A stretch of 64,000 nucleotides of DNA from positions 224,001 to 288,000 of the forward strand of contig CAVSZB010000007.1 of the NCBI GenBank assembly GCA_963732385.1, read 5' to 3'. Shown piece by piece: positions 61,830 through 64,000 of this stretch. Every line of letters begins with the position of its first letter. Within the stretch, counting starts at the first letter, position 1. This DNA comes from an uncultured bacterium. GTDB taxonomy: Bacteria; Krumholzibacteriota; Krumholzibacteriia; LZORAL124-64-63. The notes beneath the pieces are model-generated. The model worked only from the letters and a program-made list of their open reading frames with translations. It ran no database searches and was not told where the DNA came from. The position numbers and the translations under genes are program-made.

Positions 61830-62642
61830 ATGCGGTGGGGCAAGACACTGCGGCGCCTCTTTGGTGGCGGATCGGTCGCCTCCCTGGAGCGGGACCGCCC
61901 GGTAGTTTCTCCCGCCGGAGACGCCCTTATCGCCGTGATCGAGGCGAAGCTCGGCTATCATTTCGTTGATCGCACGCACCTGCTGAAGGCGCTCGTGCAC
62001 CGCTCCCATATCCACGACATCGGCAGCAATCGGCGCGAGGCCAATGAACGGCTGGAGTTCCTGGGCGATGCGGTGCTGGGTCTTGTCGTCAACGAGTACC
62101 TGTACCGGCGTTTCCCGAACCGCGAGGAGGGTGATCTCACGAAGATGAAGTCACTGCTCGTCTGCGGCACCCGGCTGTGCGAGATGGCGGGGCAACTCGA
62201 ACTGGGACGTCACATCATGATGAGCCGCAGCGAGGCCGCCACGGGCGGGCGGCATCGCTCGAGCATTCTCGCCGACACCATGGAGGCGGTCATCGGGGCG
62301 GTGTATTTGGACGGAGGGATCGGCGCCGCCGCGGCGGTGATCGACCGCTGGCTGCTGGCCGGAGCCGGCGACCTGATTTCGTCGCGTCGCGCGCTCGGCA
62401 ATTACAAGAGCCGTCTCCAGGAGATAATCCAGGGAACGTACAAGGTTCCGCCGCGCTACCGCGTGCTGCACGCCGACGGACCGGACCACGCCCGCATCTT
62501 CACGGTGGAAGCGGTGTTCAACGGCGTGGTGCTGGGCACGGGCGCCGGGAACAACAAAAAGACGGCCGAGCAACAGGCGGCGAGGGCGGCCCTGGAGCGC
62601 CTCGATGCGGAGCCGGACCTGCTGGACCGCTCGGCCCCCTGA
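61830..62642 (+). CDS. rnc: Ribonuclease III
   Basis: NERLEFLGDAVL, AD..EAVIGAVYLDGG, dsRBD YKSRLQE...KK.AEQ.AA. Confidence 0.97.
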   Translation: MRWGKTLRRLFGGGSVASLERDRPVVSPAGDALIAVIEAKLGYHFVDRTHLLKALVHRSHIHDIGSNRREANERLEFLGDAVLGLVVNEYLYRRFPNREEGDLTKMKSLLVCGTRLCEMAGQLELGRHIMMSRSEAATGGRHRSSILADTMEAVIGAVYLDGGIGAAAAVIDRWLLAGAGDLISSRRALGNYKSRLQEIIQGTYKVPPRYRVLHADGPDHARIFTVEAVFNGVVLGTGAGNNKKTAEQQAARAALERLDAEPDLLDRSAP

Positions 62643-62659
62643 GGGCGAAGACGAGGACC

Positions 62660-63148
62660 ATGGCCAGACCGACACTCCCGCCTCAGTCGACCGAGTTCAT
62701 AACCGGGGCCCATCCGGAGGACCTGTGCGAGGAGTGCCAACTGCCCTGTGGCTTCTCCGCGTGCGGCGTGACCTGCCATCGACGCCATTTTCTGGCGGGG
62801 CTGTTGCGCTGCTCGTACCTTTATCGCGGCTACTGTTTTCTCGTCGACGTTCCCGGCTGCGCCTTCGACAATGGGGGTCGCACGGAGAGCCAATGGCTGC
62901 CCCTGCTCAATTCCTGGCTGCACAGTCGGGCCCGGGCCAACGAGTCGGAGGACTTCCGGCTTGCCCGTCTGCGCACCGAGGAGTATCTCAACGAACAGAT
63001 CGAGGCGCAGAACGTCTTCCTCTGCCGTTACCTCGAAGAGATCTACAACCTCGCCCTCTCCTGCGGGGGCAGTCTTGCGGAGGAGGAGCTGGCTCACCTC
63101 GAGGCTGCGCTGCTGAAGCTGCTTTCAGGCATGCCGCGCAAGCTGTGA
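62660..63148 (+). CDS. Hypothetical Cys-rich protein (162 aa)
   Basis: ATG after GAGGA; CEECQLPCGFSACGVTCH cluster; stop overlaps the next start (GTGA). Confidence 0.65.
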   Translation: MARPTLPPQSTEFITGAHPEDLCEECQLPCGFSACGVTCHRRHFLAGLLRCSYLYRGYCFLVDVPGCAFDNGGRTESQWLPLLNSWLHSRARANESEDFRLARLRTEEYLNEQIEAQNVFLCRYLEEIYNLALSCGGSLAEEELAHLEAALLKLLSGMPRKL

Positions 63149-64000
63149 ACCGCGTGGTCCGCTTGCTGACGCCGATCGCTCTCGTACTGCCGCTGCTGAT
63201 CCTGCCCGGCGGCGCCTCGCGCGCTACTACGCCGGTGATCGACCCTGGCGAACTGTCGCCATCGACCTTTTCGTCGGAGGCAACACTGCCGCCGGCGTCG
63301 GGCGATTCCGTGGTTACGGAGTCGGCACCCGTGGGAATATCGACCAGCCACATGATCGGCTCCCTGCTGCTCGAGCAGGGCTTGCCGGCGGAGGCGTTGC
63401 CTTACCTGGAGTTCGCCTGGCGATCCTGGCCCGGCACGCGGCTGTTCACCGACAGCTATGTGGCGGCGCTCGTCGCGCTCGACCGGAGCGGGAAGGCCGT
63501 CGCGGTGCTGACCGAGGAAATCGCCGTGGAACCGTCCGACCTGGCGCCCCGTCGTCAACTGGCCGCGCTGCTGGCGGACAGCGGACGCTGCGACGAGGCT
63601 CTGCTGGTCGTGGCTGACCTGCGCCGGTTGGGGAGCGATGAACCGGAATTGCTCCTGCTGGAAGCGGAGGCTCTGGCGGGAGCTGGACGCGTGGGGGAGG
63701 CGATCGTCCGCCTTGTCGAGGCGCGCCAGCGGCTGCCCGAGCGCGCCGAAACGCTCTCGCTCAGACTAGGCGAACTCTACCGGCAGGAAAGGCGCGGGGA
63801 CGAACTGCTGGCCATGTGGGCTGAGGCTCTGTCCGCCTGGCCCGAGTCGCGACCGGTGCGTTTGAGCGCCCTGCGCGATCTGATCGCCGCAGGCAAAACG
63901 GACCGGGCGCTGACGGTCGCCGCCCGGGGTGACAGCCTGCAGTCCTTCGCCGCGGACGCCGACCGCATGGAGGGCTTCTCGTGGACCGTCGAAACGGCGC
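63145..64000 (+). CDS. Exported TPR-repeat protein (3' end lies outside the window)
   Basis: GTG start, signal peptide NRVVRLLTPIALVLPLLILPGGASRA, TPR-like helices (G...EALPYL, LA.LL...GR.DEAL); frame open to the window end. Confidence 0.7.
   Translation, partial: MNRVVRLLTPIALVLPLLILPGGASRATTPVIDPGELSPSTFSSEATLPPASGDSVVTESAPVGISTSHMIGSLLLEQGLPAEALPYLEFAWRSWPGTRLFTDSYVAALVALDRSGKAVAVLTEEIAVEPSDLAPRRQLAALLADSGRCDEALLVVADLRRLGSDEPELLLLEAEALAGAGRVGEAIVRLVEARQRLPERAETLSLRLGELYRQERRGDELLAMWAEALSAWPESRPVRLSALRDLIAAGKTDRALTVAARGDSLQSFAADADRMEGFSWTVETA

Overview
High-GC bacterial chromosome segment, almost entirely + strand, with about 57 CDS. I found no rRNA, tRNA, CRISPR array or mobile element. 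Gene content (PorU/PorV together with LPS-heptose genes and a Myxococcus/Geobacter-style type IV pilus cluster) suggests a diderm FCB-related lineage such as Ca. Krumholzibacteriota/Latescibacterota; this is inference only. Layout: (1) 1-14.9 kb, a T9SS-associated outer-membrane locus (PorU-like C25 peptidase, PorV, M6 metalloprotease with a T9SS-type CTD, two DUF5683-like paralogs, NHL lipoprotein, a 1163-aa beta-barrel, an Omp85/TamA-like protein). (2) ligA, DinG, hutH, hutI. (3) A TPR protein, an unusual ECF S-component/TonB-receptor-like fusion and ComEA. (4) A type IVa pilus cluster: pilB-T-C-S-R, two tandem pilins, pilH/I/G-like ABC module, pilD, pilMNOPQ. (5) Housekeeping genes: aroK, rsmD, coaD, pta, obgE, dprA, lipid A acyltransferase, hldA/hldC, COG2403 protein, sucCD, ndk, yceD-rpmF-plsX-fabD-fabG-acpP-fabF-rnc, then a Cys-rich orphan and a TPR gene. 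Two observations stand out. One is an apparent inner-membrane S-component + internal signal peptide + outer-membrane barrel polyprotein. The other is a set of four sigma28-like and three sigma54 promoters implying a two-tier regulatory cascade over the pilus genes. All family calls come from motif recognition, not database searches.
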